A stretch of 64,000 nt of DNA from Antedon mediterranea (Eukaryota > Animalia > Echinodermata), in assembly GCF_964355755.1 (NCBI RefSeq), contig NC_092673.1, positions 8,804,001 through 8,868,000 of the forward strand, given 5' to 3'. The position numbers were made by a program, and so were the translations under genes. The notes beneath the pieces are model-generated. The model did not search any database. It was not told where the DNA came from and saw only the letters and a program-made list of their open reading frames with translations. Shown piece by piece: positions 48,888 through 62,053 of this stretch. Every line of letters starts with the position of its first letter. Position 1 is the stretch's first letter.

Positions 48888-51042
48888 TTATGCATCTCTG
48901 TCTGACCGTTTAGTTTTATCAATTATGAACTTGTCTTGATAAAAACATAAATAATAAAACTCGTCCTAAATATGAAAACCTAACCCTCTAAATAATCTCT
49001 CTCAAACTAAAAAAAAATATTTTAAAAAAATGTTCAAGTAGAGAATTGATCCTACAACCCCCTTGGCCATAGCCTCAATAAATACAAGCCCACTGAGCCA
49101 TCCAGCTCGTGGATCCAATCGGGTTTTACTTTGTATATGCATGAATAAAACATATATTATACGTAAGCATTTTAACCGACAAATCAGCATGATCATTTTG
49201 AACTTTGAACTTTGTTTGGTTGACTCTCCGTACATCCCAATACTTCCGAAGACGTTCCTTCCGAAGACATGTCGAAGATGTCGTTCTTTGTGACGTCACA
49301 AGTACTTTAAAAAAAAACATAAAATTCACATTTTGGCTCAGATATATACTGTTTCGTATGTTTTTCTTGAAACCATTCTAAGGCGTTCCATGCGATACAA
49401 TGTCAAAATGGCTACAGCATACATATCTGGCGCATTTTAGGTCATTTTTAGGTCACCTGATTTTCACTACGAAAGTATTAAGTGTGTGCCGTTAAAGCTA
49501 TAAAGGTGTTCTTCCACAAGTTCGTGATAAATATAATAATTTATATATATATACATATATATAAATCCAAAGGCAAATTACTAAAAAAAATGACAATGCT
49601 GTGGGTATCAGTGGCTGGATCTCAATGGAGATACAAAAATAAAAAGCAAAAAGCTAAATCAAAACGATAAAGTAAACAGCCAGAAAAGTTAGCAGAGCTT
49701 TCGGGCAACACTAGCCATCAGTGCAAGTGAGGGAATTTGCACTTATCTACATTTATAGAAAAACATTAAAAGAAAGAATTTATAAAATAATACAGCATTA
49801 GGCTTCCTGAATAAATATGTTTGCAATTTCTTTTTTAAATACGTTCAGAGATTGTGGCATCTTGTTGATATCAATATTATGTTTATTCCAGGTTATAACC
49901 CCCCTATAAGAAATACTACGTTTTTTATACTCAGTGCGAGGTTTTAGGAACATAGAGGTTTGTATCATTATGTCTGAAGTTATATTTGAAATTATTTTGT
50001 TTGATAGAATTGATAGATATGTGGGTGCACGCCCCATCATAACTTTAAAAATTACCATGCAACATTTATACTCATCTTTAGTTGAGAGGGTAAGCCAATT
50101 TACTCGCTGAAAGTGCATCTTTACATGGTGTGTCCCAAGATATGCCAAATATGATTCGGGCTGTTCTATTTTGTACAGGTTGTACTCTTTTTAGAAAGCT
50201 CGAACCACAATTACCCCAGATTACACTAGGCCTACAGTAAGTTAAATGTGGAATAATAATAATAGAATTTGAAATATTTCTTAATATATTATTTAGAAAA
50301 ATGTGTCTACATCGTTTAAGCATACCTAAACCTTTTAGAGCCTTCGCACGAGTAGGCTATATTCAATATGGTATTTCCAGCTTTCATCAGTGTTTACACC
50401 AAGATGTATGTGGACAGAACGTTCTCTGTTTTTCAATTTTGGAGAGTTTTTGACTTGATCCTATTAGCATAAATTCTGATTTTAAGATGTTAAGACTTAG
50501 TTTGTTATTCTTCAGCCAATCAAATGTGTTCAAGCTCATAGTGTATTGTTTGATAAATTTCATTTTCATTTTCTGATGCATAATATACAATAGTGTCGTC
50601 TGCATACCTACTAATTTTACACTTGTGGCATTTATAATATACATAGGGAAAGCCAAGGGGCCGCCGATTGAGCCCTGGGCCACCCCGCATTTGATGACCG
50701 TACGTACGTTCAGATAACATGTCATTGGCATTTGTGAATTGGGATCTTTCAGAAAGGTAACTTTAAATCACTGTATTGTATAATCTTAATTTACTCAATA
50801 ATATGTGATGGTTTACCGTATCAAATGCTTTTTTGAAATCAAGCATGCACATACCGACAATTCTGCCCTCATCAATTTCACTGTACCAATTTTCAGTAAT
50901 GTTGGCAAGTGCTGTGGATGTAGAGTACGATGGACGAAAACCAGATTGATTTACATATATTAGGTTATAATATTTAAGAGCCATTGTCTGTAAAAAAATG
51001 GATTTCTCTAAAATTTTTACCATGAATAGACATTTCAATAAA

Positions 51043-53470
51043 AAGCATATCTACAACATTCATTTTAATGTTTAGCCTCCGTTACCATGACAACGGTCAA
51101 TTATTCAAATTTTGATGTTTTTGCCATTTTTCACAGATTTCTATAGTGAAAAAGTACAAACTTGTATACTTATTCTAACCAAAAATACTCACAAGGGGTG
51201 TTTTTAAAAAATATTTTTTTTATAAAAGTATACCTCATAAACGTACCTATAACTTCCAAAGTGGTGTTTTTAAATCAATGAGGTTTTTTAATGTGATAGT
51301 CAATAGGTTTGTCAACAATAATCACGAAGGAAAATACGAAAAATACAAAAAAATACAACCAAAATATCAACAAACAAAACACATGAAACACAATTTAAAT
51401 ATGGCTAATCCAATAATAAAATGTATATGTGGCTTGTCATAATGCTACTAGAGTCATACGAATAGTTTAGATAAAATAGGAGAATGTCTTGCCAGGTTTA
51501 TTTCAATTAATTGCCAGAAAACAGTATTTTGCATTGAAATATTTAGTTGATGGAAAATAATGTTAAACTTTGAAATAATTGCGTCAATGGTTTTTATAAA
51601 TGTTTAAATCTATTTTGTGTACAGAGATGCAGAAAGACCTCCCTAAAAATCTGACCCTGTAAATAGGTCATTTGAGGTCAAAAGGGGTCAGAATGCAAAA
51701 CAGGACAGGTCCCCACTTTACTACAACTATTAATGTTTGATCGAAATTTACAAGATAGTTCATAAAAATTCTCAACAATTTTCATTTTTTACCTATAGTG
51801 TTACCTTAGCAACCATTTATATGTGTAACTAAAGAAAGTAATTTAAAAAAAACGTAAAAATGGCGTTTTTATGAATACAAAGAATTGAATGCATTTGTAA
51901 TTTTTCTCAATTTTACTTCTACTGCATTCTATTAATCTTAAAGTGAGGACAAACTTGACCTTGTAAATTCATTCATTTTGAGGTCAAATGAGGTCAACAT
52001 TTTACCATAGTAACTGTTTCTATGCGAAAATATTTTTAAAATAAGGGGTTTTTCATAAATACAAAACATTTTTTCTACATAGTTTACATTTCTTCTTTTT
52101 GCCAAATTTACTTTAAATACTGAATCCTAATCTCAGAAAAAAAGTCTTGACAAATCTGAATAAAGGTAAAAAATTTACCTTTAGTGTTATCTTAAACCTG
52201 TTTACGTAACTAAGGAAATTTTTTTTTAAATAAAATATGGAATTATATTTTACATATTGAGGTCAAATGACATCAACATTTTACCTATAGTGTATTGTAG
52301 CAACTGTTTCTATACGTAACTAAGTACAATATTTTTAATATGGGGTTTCATGACTACAAACAATTGATTACATAGCTTTACTACTTTTTCCCAAATTTAC
52401 TTATCTACTGAATCTCAGAAAATGTCTGTCGGACCTTGTGAAAGGGTCATTTGTTGGGTCAAATTATGTCAAAATGTATTATTTATGTTATCTTAGAACC
52501 TGATTCTTTGCGTAACTAAGGATAATTGTTTTTTAAATACAGTTGAACCTCCCGTAAGTGGCCACCCTCGAGACCTGGAAAAGTGGCCGCTTAACGGGTG
52601 GTGACCCCTTACGGGAGGTTCTGCCGATAAAGGGCCAAAATCACGTATTATGGCTATATACGATATTCTTAACGAAACGACCCTCTCAATTTTCCAGCTA
52701 ATTGTAGGCCTATTATTATTTATAATCAGGTGGTTTAGTATTTTTTAGCATTTTCAGACAAATTTTAAAAGCTTTTATCATATGAAAAATGGTCGGTCAA
52801 AATCTGTGTAGTTTTCTCATCTCTTCACAGTAATGTTTTTAAAACCTCTTCAAAATAAAGCTAATATATAAAGAAATACACTAAACATGGACCTCTAATT
52901 CATAGGTCCATGCAATAAGTATCACATTTTTCGATTGGCCGCTTACAAAAAATCTCATTTTTAGTATAAAAAGGTGCCCGCAGCTGCTTACGGTAAGCAC
53001 CAAATGCACTAACTAGATAGGAAGAACAAACGGGCTTTTCAAAGTGCGTCCGTTAAGGGAGGTGGCCGCTTACAGGAGGTGCCCGCTGTAAATAAAATAT
53101 AGGGTTGTCATGAATAAAAATAATCACAGAAGAAAGTGACCTTGTGAAACGGTAATTTGAAAATGCAAATAAGGCATGCCTGCTAATAATCTACAAATTT
53201 AAATTTGTATAATATAAATATGCAAAATCTAAAGAATATCTCAATTTTAGTTACCATAGTAACTGTTTCTATGCATAACTAAGAGAAATTAAATAATTAT
53301 CAGATAATTAATAATTAATACTGAATCCAACCATCACAGTAAAAAAAATATAGAATTTAAAACCAATATTTATTAATAAAGTGTGATATTTTACATGCTG
53401 ACCTTAAATGAAATGAAATTTCACATCAGGGCTTCAATATTTGCTGGGTAGCATTAACATACCTGAGTAT
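51043..53470. repeat. Unclassified AT-rich element with ~6 degenerate internal repeat units (..CATAGTAACTGTTTCTATGCGTAACTAAG..)
   Basis: Unit recurs near 51790, 52005, 52180, 52285, 52485, 53255; interrupts the LINE between APE and RT. Confidence 0.5.
52540..53090. mobile_element. Tc1/mariner-pogo-like MITE
   Basis: TA-CAGTTGAACCTCCCGTAAGTGGCCACC start; GGTGGCCGCTTAC.GGAGGT repeats at the right end; second copy at 36.6-37.2 kb. Confidence 0.7.
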
Positions 53471-53837
53471 ATCATTGACTTTTGGGGGAAGGTGGTGGAT
53501 CCAGGAGTTTGAAATAGTTAGGGGATTGGAGGCGAGCGTCTAAAAACTTAACTTTATGTCCTATCTTTAGCATCTTTAACTTGGGGTGGGTGGGGGCTTG
53601 GAGAAAGGGGGAGGGGTGGGATGGAGGAGTTTGAATCCGTCTATTTGTTGGGGCGATGCTAGCGGCAGTGTGGGTAGTGCTTGAATACATGAATTTGACA
53701 CTGTATAGTGGATGATCGACCAAAGTGTTACTGTTTATCTTTTTGTGGTTATTGTCGGAGTAGGAGGAGGGGGATTGTAGTCGAAAGTGGTGGTGGATGG
53801 GCATGTGGGATCTGCTTAGATTAGCAAATAAAAGAAG

Positions 53838-54105
53838 TTTTCGTTTGAACGAATTACTAATTTGTTCAAACAGATTAGTAGTTTGAACGAATTAGTAATC
53901 CGTTTAAACAAATTAGTAATTCGTTTGAACGGATTAGTAATCCGTTTGAACAAATTATTAATCCGTTTAAACAAATTAGTAATTTGTTTGAACGGATTAG
54001 TAATCCGTTCAAACGAATTACAACATATACTTTAAATGGCACTTGTTGTATATGTTGTAATTCGTTTGAACGAATTAGTAATTCGTTTGAACGGATTACG
54101 TTCGA
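53838..54105. repeat. ~22-bp minisatellite (TTAGTAAT(T/C)CGTTTGAAC(G/A)AA)n
   Basis: About 10 degenerate copies read directly. Confidence 0.85.
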
Positions 54106-54974
54106 AAAACATATACTTAAAATGGCATTAATGGGCTTTCGTACTTTTCTTATTTGATGGTATGATATGTCTTATTACATTCCATGTTTTTTTAACATCG
54201 TTTTTATTTTCGTTTATTTTGTCTTTAATCAAATCTGACTTACTTTTTAAAATCATTTGTTGCATGCATTTCGACATTTACGGTATTTTTGTGTTTGATC
54301 ATTAGATATATTACATTTTTTTTTAAATTTATCTCGTTCTGGCATCTTGTTAATAATATCTTTACCAAGCCATGGAGCCGTTTTCTTCCATATTCTATGT
54401 TTTTTCATAGGAGCATGTTTATCAATTACATTTATAAGGTGATTTTCAAGTAGTGAGCACTTTCGTTCACATTTTCACTATGTATAGTTTCATTCTAATT
54501 TATATTTTGGAGATCAGAGATAAAGTCATTTTAATTAAATCTTTTAAAATTTCGAACAAATTTGTACTTGTGTTCCTGTTTATTTACCGTGTCATGATTT
54601 ATTCGTTTTCCCAATATAGCGTATGTCATGGAGTGGTCACCGAGACCAGCATGTATAACGCCAGATTGAAACGTTGGTAAAGAACATTACATCAATAAGC
54701 GTTAAACTATCTTTAGTTATACGAGTAGGTTCATGTATGACGGGCTCAAGTTGAAAGTTCGTAGTAATTCATTTAATCTTTTGGTGTAACAATGTGGTTC
54801 GGTAGATAGGAGGTCGCAGTTTAGATCCCCCATCAACATGAACTCTTTCTTTTCTAATTCAGTTGAACGTAAAATATTTTGTAGGTGGTCAAAAAGACAA
54901 GTAGTTGAATTTGGTGGTCGATACCATAATTTTATTAAAAGGGGTTTACATTTATTGCGCGTAATTTCAACAGA

Positions 54975-55062
54975 TATAAGTTCAAGTTCAGCACACATAG
55001 GTCATAAGTTCAAGTTCAGCACACATTAGGTCATAAGTTCAAGTTCAGCACACATAGGTCAT
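54975..55062. repeat. 27-28-bp tandem triplication ATAAGTTCAAGTTCAGCACACATAGGTC inside the LINE endonuclease
   Basis: Three copies read directly. Confidence 0.85.
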
Positions 55063-55934
55063 TCCTTATTCTATGTGCGGTATTTTGATTTACGTAAATC
55101 GCAACGCCACCCCGTGTTTTGTTTTGACGATCACGCCTGTATATTACATAATCATCAACTAGGAATTCCTGATCATTGAAGGTGTTATTTAAAAACGTTT
55201 CACTTAAACCAAAAACATCGACATTAATTTAATTTAAAATATGTTGCATCTCATCAAAATGCATTGGTAGACCACAGGTATTTGCATGGGCTATAATGAA
55301 ACCCTTTCGCTTCAATGCTTTAAAAACATCATTATCAATATTATTTACGTTTATGTTTCCTATATCATTTTCGTTTTCTATAAAATGTATTTCAAAGTTA
55401 TTTCAAAATGTATTCGTGATCTCACCATCAAATTGATGATTTGCATCGTTATGAGTAAATCAATTTGGATTAAAATAATATTTATCATCATAAAAATCTG
55501 AATCTAAAAAATGTACATTATTTACACAGTATCTGGCCTTATGTCCCATTTCTCCAAATGATCTACATACCAGGCCTTCATTGTAGTAACATTCATTAGT
55601 GCGGTGATTTGACAGTCCACACAGCAAGTTTTATTTGTCAAGTTTTTGTTTTGATGTCGTCCATTGTTTCGTAGTTGATGTGCATTCCTTACTGGCATGT
55701 GCGTGTTGTTTCTGTTTTGTCGTTGTCTTTGTTGATTTCTATGTGCATTGCTGTGTTTGTTTTTCATCTGTCGCCATGCCAGCTTCTTTTCCAAGTCAAG
55801 ATCTATGGAAGGGATGGCATTTTTTTTAACAATTTACTAGTTTCGCCGATCCAGCCGATGATAGGCGAAGAGCACCAGTCGAGATTGAGCTATCTATCGA
55901 TCCGCATTTATAGGTACAAGTTGGCGATATATCA

Positions 55935-57942
55935 TTCATTCATTTTCATTCATAATGGTATATTTATTAAAATCATCTTTACAGAAAAACTGAATTGTGA
56001 CCATTTTTTACATTATTAAAAGGTACTTAAAATATTAAAAATGTTTTAAAAAGATAGCATAAAATAACATCAACCACAAAATACATCATATAAAAATATT
56101 AAAATAAAGGAGCACAACATCAAAACAAGTAAAAATCTAAATGACTGGCCAAGTGATTTGAAAAAAAATTACCTAACATATTATATTTGATTCTTATTAC
56201 TTCAACATTATATTATACAGAGGGATAACATTATTTTCAATAAAGAAGTAAAATCAGTTGCGGTTCCACTGCCTAATCATGTATTGAATGGAGCTGTTAC
56301 AATATCTGACAGTCCGGCAAACAGGGACAGTAAGTTTGTTTGCGCTTCGTAGATCTCTGAGACTCAAACCTAACTGAGTGGAATACACTCATCTTGGCTA
56401 GAAATTAACGAGGCAAAAAATTTGCTACAAATTTCATTACGACGTACATTTAACTGTATAAAGCTCGCTTTTGGATTCGCTCTAACATATTCGATTCAAG
56501 TCGGGTAAGACCAGAATGCCACACAGGAGCAGCGTATTCAGTTAAGGGTCTGACATACCCAGTGTAAATAGTTAATAAGTCAACAATTGGCATTTTTAAT
56601 CGCTTAAGTACTTTCAACATATATAATCTACCATTAGCTTTGCTAAGCACTTTAGTGATATGAGAGCTCCTTTTAAGATCAGAACTAATGTTAACGCCTA
56701 AGATTGTAGTATTATTCACAATGTGCAACGGCTGTCCATCAATGTTGACAACAATGATTAACATTTTCTCTAGAGAAATTTACACTCATAACTAAACATA
56801 ATGTTTCATATTATTAACTGTCGTCCATTGCGATAGTTCGTTTAAGTGGTTTTGCATAAATCTAGGTTGCTTAATTGCAAAGACGGGGTTCAACAATGGT
56901 AATATCATCAACATACTTAAATACGTCAATCGTCTTATCGTAAAAACATCATTAACCATGGCAAGGAAGCAGAGGGATCCTAGGCTGGTACCTTGAGGGA
57001 CACCTCCATTTACTAATGGTGTATAGATATTTAACACATTGTGTTCTATCACTTAGAAAACTCATAATCCATGTAATTACAGATGGACGGACTTGAAATT
57101 TAATCAACTTACAGATTAATACATTGTGGTCAAAAGCTTTTTTAAAATCAGTAACCACTACAGTACTTTCACTTTGTTTCTTATCAGCATTTCTATAGAG
57201 AACATCCATAAGCTTAACATGAAACTTTTTGCAATTTTTGCAAAGTGGTCAGTGAGGGAAATTGGTCTAAGTTTATCCCAAGTTCGTAGGATTAGTTTTA
57301 GGAATAGGGATAACCATGGCTCTTTTCCATTGGGATGGGACAACACCATTACCAAAGGACTGATTTATGATTGCAGCCAAAGGTTTGATAATTTCATATG
57401 CAAATTCCTTAATTAATTTGGCAGGCAAACCATCAGGACCAGATGCTTTCTTGGTCTTAATATTTTTAAGTGCACTATAAACTTCATAATTTTAGACAAC
57501 TGGGTCTGGGTTAGGATACGGACAAAAGGCCGGAAGTTCCTCCCTTACAAGGGGTTGGACTTCATTGGTAATATTAACAAAATTATTATTGATAAAGTTA
57601 GCAAAATCTTTAGAATTACTAATATTTAAGTCATCTGGAATGTTAATAGTAGAGTTAGCTTTCCCTTGATTGGTCATGATTCGAATCTGCTTGTACACCT
57701 GTGCCGGGTTAGCCTTTTTATGTCTCTGAACTCGGTTCGCATAATAATCAGCCTTGGCTTTTCAATTTCTGATTTTACTTTGTTCTTTAATATTTTCCAA
57801 TTCACCGAGTGGAGGTCGTCATGAAATGCCTTCTGGCGATCACAAATCAACGTTTTCACGTAAGGTGTCATCCAAGGTTTGTCTTCACTGTGCAGTTTAA
57901 TAGTCTTGGTTGGAAAGAAGTAAGTATTTATCGCGTTCGCTA
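55935..57942 (-). mobile_element. 5'-truncated LINE (RT) inserted into the host LINE esterase, with 8-bp TSD
   Basis: DKPWMTP, LRPISLT, DFKKAFD, GVPQGTSLG, EYAAPVWH..LERIQKRAL; (ATGA)n tail at 55935-55952; ATATATCA at 55927-34 and 57943-50. Confidence 0.88.
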
Positions 57943-58735
57943 ATATATCAATAAAAGCACAGTCCAGTCTCTTTGATAATTCCTCTAAGCGTTTGTTTAA
58001 CATCTCTACCTCCTCCATATTTGTGTTCCTTGGACATACCGCTGATATGTAAATTGATATCTTTGGTTCTCTAATCATAATGAATGTGATGGCGTGTTCC
58101 ACTTCCAATACGATTAATTCAATATCTTTTCCATTTGATATGTCATTCGTTCCTCTGTGTATGATGATATTTGAGTGTTTTTTTAAATCAGTATTTTCTT
58201 TTAGTTCATCCGTTATACCATTTATAGTAGCGCCTCGTTTCACAATTACATCGGTGTGTGATGACAATTTTCAAAATCACGAAGAATGGAGTCACCAATA
58301 ATCAGAGATTTACATCCATCATTTGATTCGGTTTCTACTGTATTTGGTTTTGACATTTCAATGTGAGGTCGCTTACCTTAATACTCATTTCGCTCAGTTT
58401 TGTCTTTAGTTTCTTGTTCTCCTCTTCTAGTATGTTTTTTTTATTTTTCCTTGTTCCTTATTCATTTCGTTTATTGTTGATTGCAGTGTACCAATACTCT
58501 CACTAAGGTTCTTTATGATGTAGGAGAGTTCCTGTTTACAGCTATCACACGTCCATTTTGATTTTTTAGCTGGTTCCTTTTTTAATTTCAGGCAAGCAAT
58601 ATGATAATCTCTGGAACAGAAAGCACATCCAACAACAGTACCAGTATCCCTTATGCAGCTTTCAAGGCACAAACTATCATCCGGTGGTGGTTGATTAGTT
58701 GGTGGTTGATTAGTTGGTGGTTTATCCATTTGCTT

Positions 58736-61592
58736 TGGATCTAGAGGATATCCTTTCCTAAACCCGGCTTGCTCCTGATTCAAAATATTACATTCATCTG
58801 TCCAGTCTATGAGTTTATTATTGATGATATAAAGAAAAGCCTTAGCTATTGTTGGTATCAGAGATATCCCTCTGTAGTTTTGAGATTCAGAACTTTTTCC
58901 TTTTTTGTGTATTGGTATAATTACATTGGTGGCCCAACGTTGAGGGAAATTCCCACTGACAAATATTCAATTGAAGAGAAGCTTAACTTTCTCATATACA
59001 AAATTCGGGACATTTAATAATATTTCGCTCGTGATACCATCAATACCAGTGGCTTTACCTTTTTTTTGTGCTTTAAATGCACTTATGACTAACTAATTTA
59101 ATTTCTGTGTTTAATATTTGATTGACATAGGGCAAGTTGTCCACTATGTTTACAATTTTTGGAAGTGTTTGCGACCGATTGCTATCTTTGATATGACAAT
59201 ATTACTAGTGTCGATGCCATTCCATTAATGAGATTTCATTTGATGGATTGCTTTTTTCTTCTGGGAAGTTTAGCCAGAATCTTTTATTATCGTTATCTTT
59301 GAGGAGTCTTATTATGTTTCTCCTTTTAGTTTCGTCGTAATATTTTTTTTTCTGTTTATTGCTTTTAGTATTTATTTTATAAATGTTTTTAAAAATTGTT
59401 CGAAAATGTCTAAACTGTGATTTATTTTAACTTGTTTTTTCATGGTTATAAATTCTTTATCATCTTGATTTTTTAATTATTGGTTTAAAAATGTATTTAC
59501 ATGCATAGGTGAATTTTCAAATGAAGTAATAGCTCTGTCAATTTATTTTCGCTGATTGCCAACATGAAATTGTTATCGATTCTGTCCATGTACTCATGGC
59601 ACCAGCTATTTCTTAAATGTTTGAGCAAGTCATCTACCCATTTGTATTTGTATTTAATATCCATATTTTCCTCAATTTGGGTTGCGTTGCTTGGCAATAT
59701 ATGCGCATGTAAATCATTCTTACTCGTTGATAGTAAGTAATCGCAAACACTGTTTATTCTACCATTACATATTCATAGGTTGGTTTCTAGTGGTTTCTTT
59801 ACAAAATTGTAGCACATCCTTGCCATTTTTATTAATCATAATATCCTTATTCAGACGATTTACAATGTCGATATCAGCATCGACACTAAGGTAGGCCTAC
59901 TCGTCATAGACTAAAGGGAAATCATCATTTGATATGTATAGTCTTTGGCATTACCGTTACCGTTAAAATCACCTATAGTATATATTTGCTTGTTAATGTT
60001 GACTATTGAAGAAATTCGTCAGCCAATATGTTAAAGAAGTAATCGGATGCGTATTTAGAGTTATGTGGAGGTCTATATATAAACCCAATAATTACTTTCT
60101 TATTTATGCTAACATTTATTTTCATCCACAAAATACATTTGCTTGCATAATAAAGTTCTTCTACATCTAACTGCGATTTGTAATAGACCATGATTCCACC
60201 ATAGCGTTTATCGGGTAGTATATCCACTAATTTTGTATACGTCACTATATTTTTTCCATTTTTCAAGCAAACCAATAATATTATATTGCGAAATGTATTC
60301 AATAAAATCGGCGTTTGGGTACACCTGTTATGCCATTCATGTTCCATGAGATAAATTTAAGCACATTACTTTTAATATTGGTGCCAACTTTAAGGCTATT
60401 ACATTTTTTGTTTTTGTCTCTTTTGGATTTTGTATATTGGCATTATTTATACAAATAAAATGGCAGCAGCACAGCACAACATGGAAAGAAATAATGCTCG
60501 GAATCAAATGAATGGGTGAGACAACAAACACAAGTTTAAGGCATTATGAGAACTATCAAATTAAGTAAGTGGGAGTGAGCTGGACATATCAGTAGGAGAA
60601 CAGACAATAGATGGACTTCGCTAATGACATCATGGAGACCCATGGATGGGAGTAGAAATAAAGGACGAAAAAGAGTGAGATGGCGAGATTAAATAGGCAA
60701 GTATTGGGGTACAGTGCAATGGCAGGGAGCAGCTAGAGATCGTTCACTATGGCAGAAACGTGCTGAGGCTTTCGTCCAGTAGTGAACTGACAATGATGAT
60801 GTTTTTTATCATGGTTGGATGGGCCATGGCCTATTCCCTATTTATTTCTATTTAATGAAACTAATGTTAACCAAAGGTAAACGATTCATTATTAATAATA
60901 AGCTTATCATATCTTAATTTAATGTAATAGCTTCGGCCATCATTGGTTTCTGTTTCTTCCTAATTTCTCTAACTCTTGCTGTGAAGTCTTCACTGACGCT
61001 TGCTTCTGCTCGAAAACCATTTTCATTTTCTCACACGGTTGCATGTCGACGCATCTTTCTGCTTTCTTTTAAAATATCTACTTTTTCTTCATAATTTCTA
61101 AATGTCGATATTATAGGTCTTGGTCTAATTTTAGCATTAGGTTTGTGTGCTCTGTCGAAGTAGATACTATTTCCGTCCATTTTTAAAGTTTCCGTGATGT
61201 AGTCTTTGACTTTTTCTTCGGCTTGAGCCAAACTTTCCCCGTCACTTTCATTTATTCCATAAAATATTATTGTTCATTCGGCTTTTTTTTTCAATTTGGT
61301 CTATTTTAATTTTTAATTTTTCGTTTTCTTTTTTCAGATATTTATTTTCTTCTTCAATTTTGTTCAATCTGTCCTTTAAATTGTTCATGCTACTAGTTAT
61401 TGTATCCATTTTACCTTTCATAAGCCTTATATCTTCAGCAATTTCGTTCATTTTTGTGTTCATATTTCGATTCATAATTTGTATCTGTAATGAAATGTGG
61501 GAAAATGAAGAACCGGTTATCTTTTCTTTGTCGGAATCAGTTTGTTGTGTTGCCTGTCGTGTTGGACGAGGCCCTGGATTTTTCAAAACATT
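58736..61592 (-). mobile_element. Decayed LINE 5' part: ORF1 (coiled coil + L1-type RRM) and ORF2 APE to start of RT
   Basis: KNPGP..coiled coil; FDRAHK..RPRPIISTFRNYEEKVDIL; GGIMVYYK..IIGFIYRPP; ends at NQEQAGFRKGY. Confidence 0.8.
60560..60800 (+). mobile_element. RTE-type LINE 3' end fragment with (ATG)n tail
   Basis: WAGHISR..RWT..GRKR.RWRD..WQGAARDRSLWQKRAEAFVQ-like remnant followed by ATGATGATG. Confidence 0.65.
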
Positions 61593-62053
61593 GATTTTAT
61601 GTATGACTCATGTGAACAAAGTGATTGGTCAAACTTGATGATATCACATTGCAGACTTATTTATTTTGTTTACTGGGGCTAGTGATCTAGGAGTGGATCT
61701 GCTGTATACGACTGGAAATCAATATTTGTTACATACAGATAAATTTTATATTATTTGAACGCTTTCAACGACCTTCATACATAAGAAAATTATGACAACA
61801 ATAACAATGTTCAAACCTCGTGGTGTATCAACTTTGTCATTCGTTTCTGGTTTTCTGATAACTATTCCAATTGAGGAAAGGTGGGTATTAGATAATGAAT
61901 TGCCAGCGGTTGTTATGAAGCCAGACCGGAACAATAATTAACGATACATAGTAAAGGTCATTTTCTAGGTTAGTTTCGGTCAGTTGTTACTAGATCACAG
62001 TTGATATAATTTACCTGGGTAATAACTGCTGTGTACCTTTGTTATATCAAAAT

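Larger units (their letters stand above)
49750..58735 (-). mobile_element. Decayed near-full-length CR1/L2-group LINE (ORF1 PHD-coiled coil-SGNH esterase-CCHC knuckles; ORF2 APE-RT) split by later insertions
   Basis: PHD CAFCSRDYHIAC..WTCDSC (58540-58670); esterase GATI..HRGTNDI (57950-58270); knuckles CGLSNHRTNEC, CRSFGEMGHKARYC (55525-55620); APE GLSETFL, WYRPPNS, MGDLNCDLL (54720-55300); RT NQSGFRP, LDFKKAFDTV, YADDT (49798-51038). Confidence 0.85.

Noticed and set aside
57674-58267. Apparent esterase-RT linker fusion ORF
   Set aside because: Junction of a nested LINE insertion (TSD ATATATCA), not a genuine fusion gene
58427-58783. Standalone PHD-finger gene
   Set aside because: LINE ORF1 PHD abutting the RT fragment (QEQAGFRKGY) of another LINE
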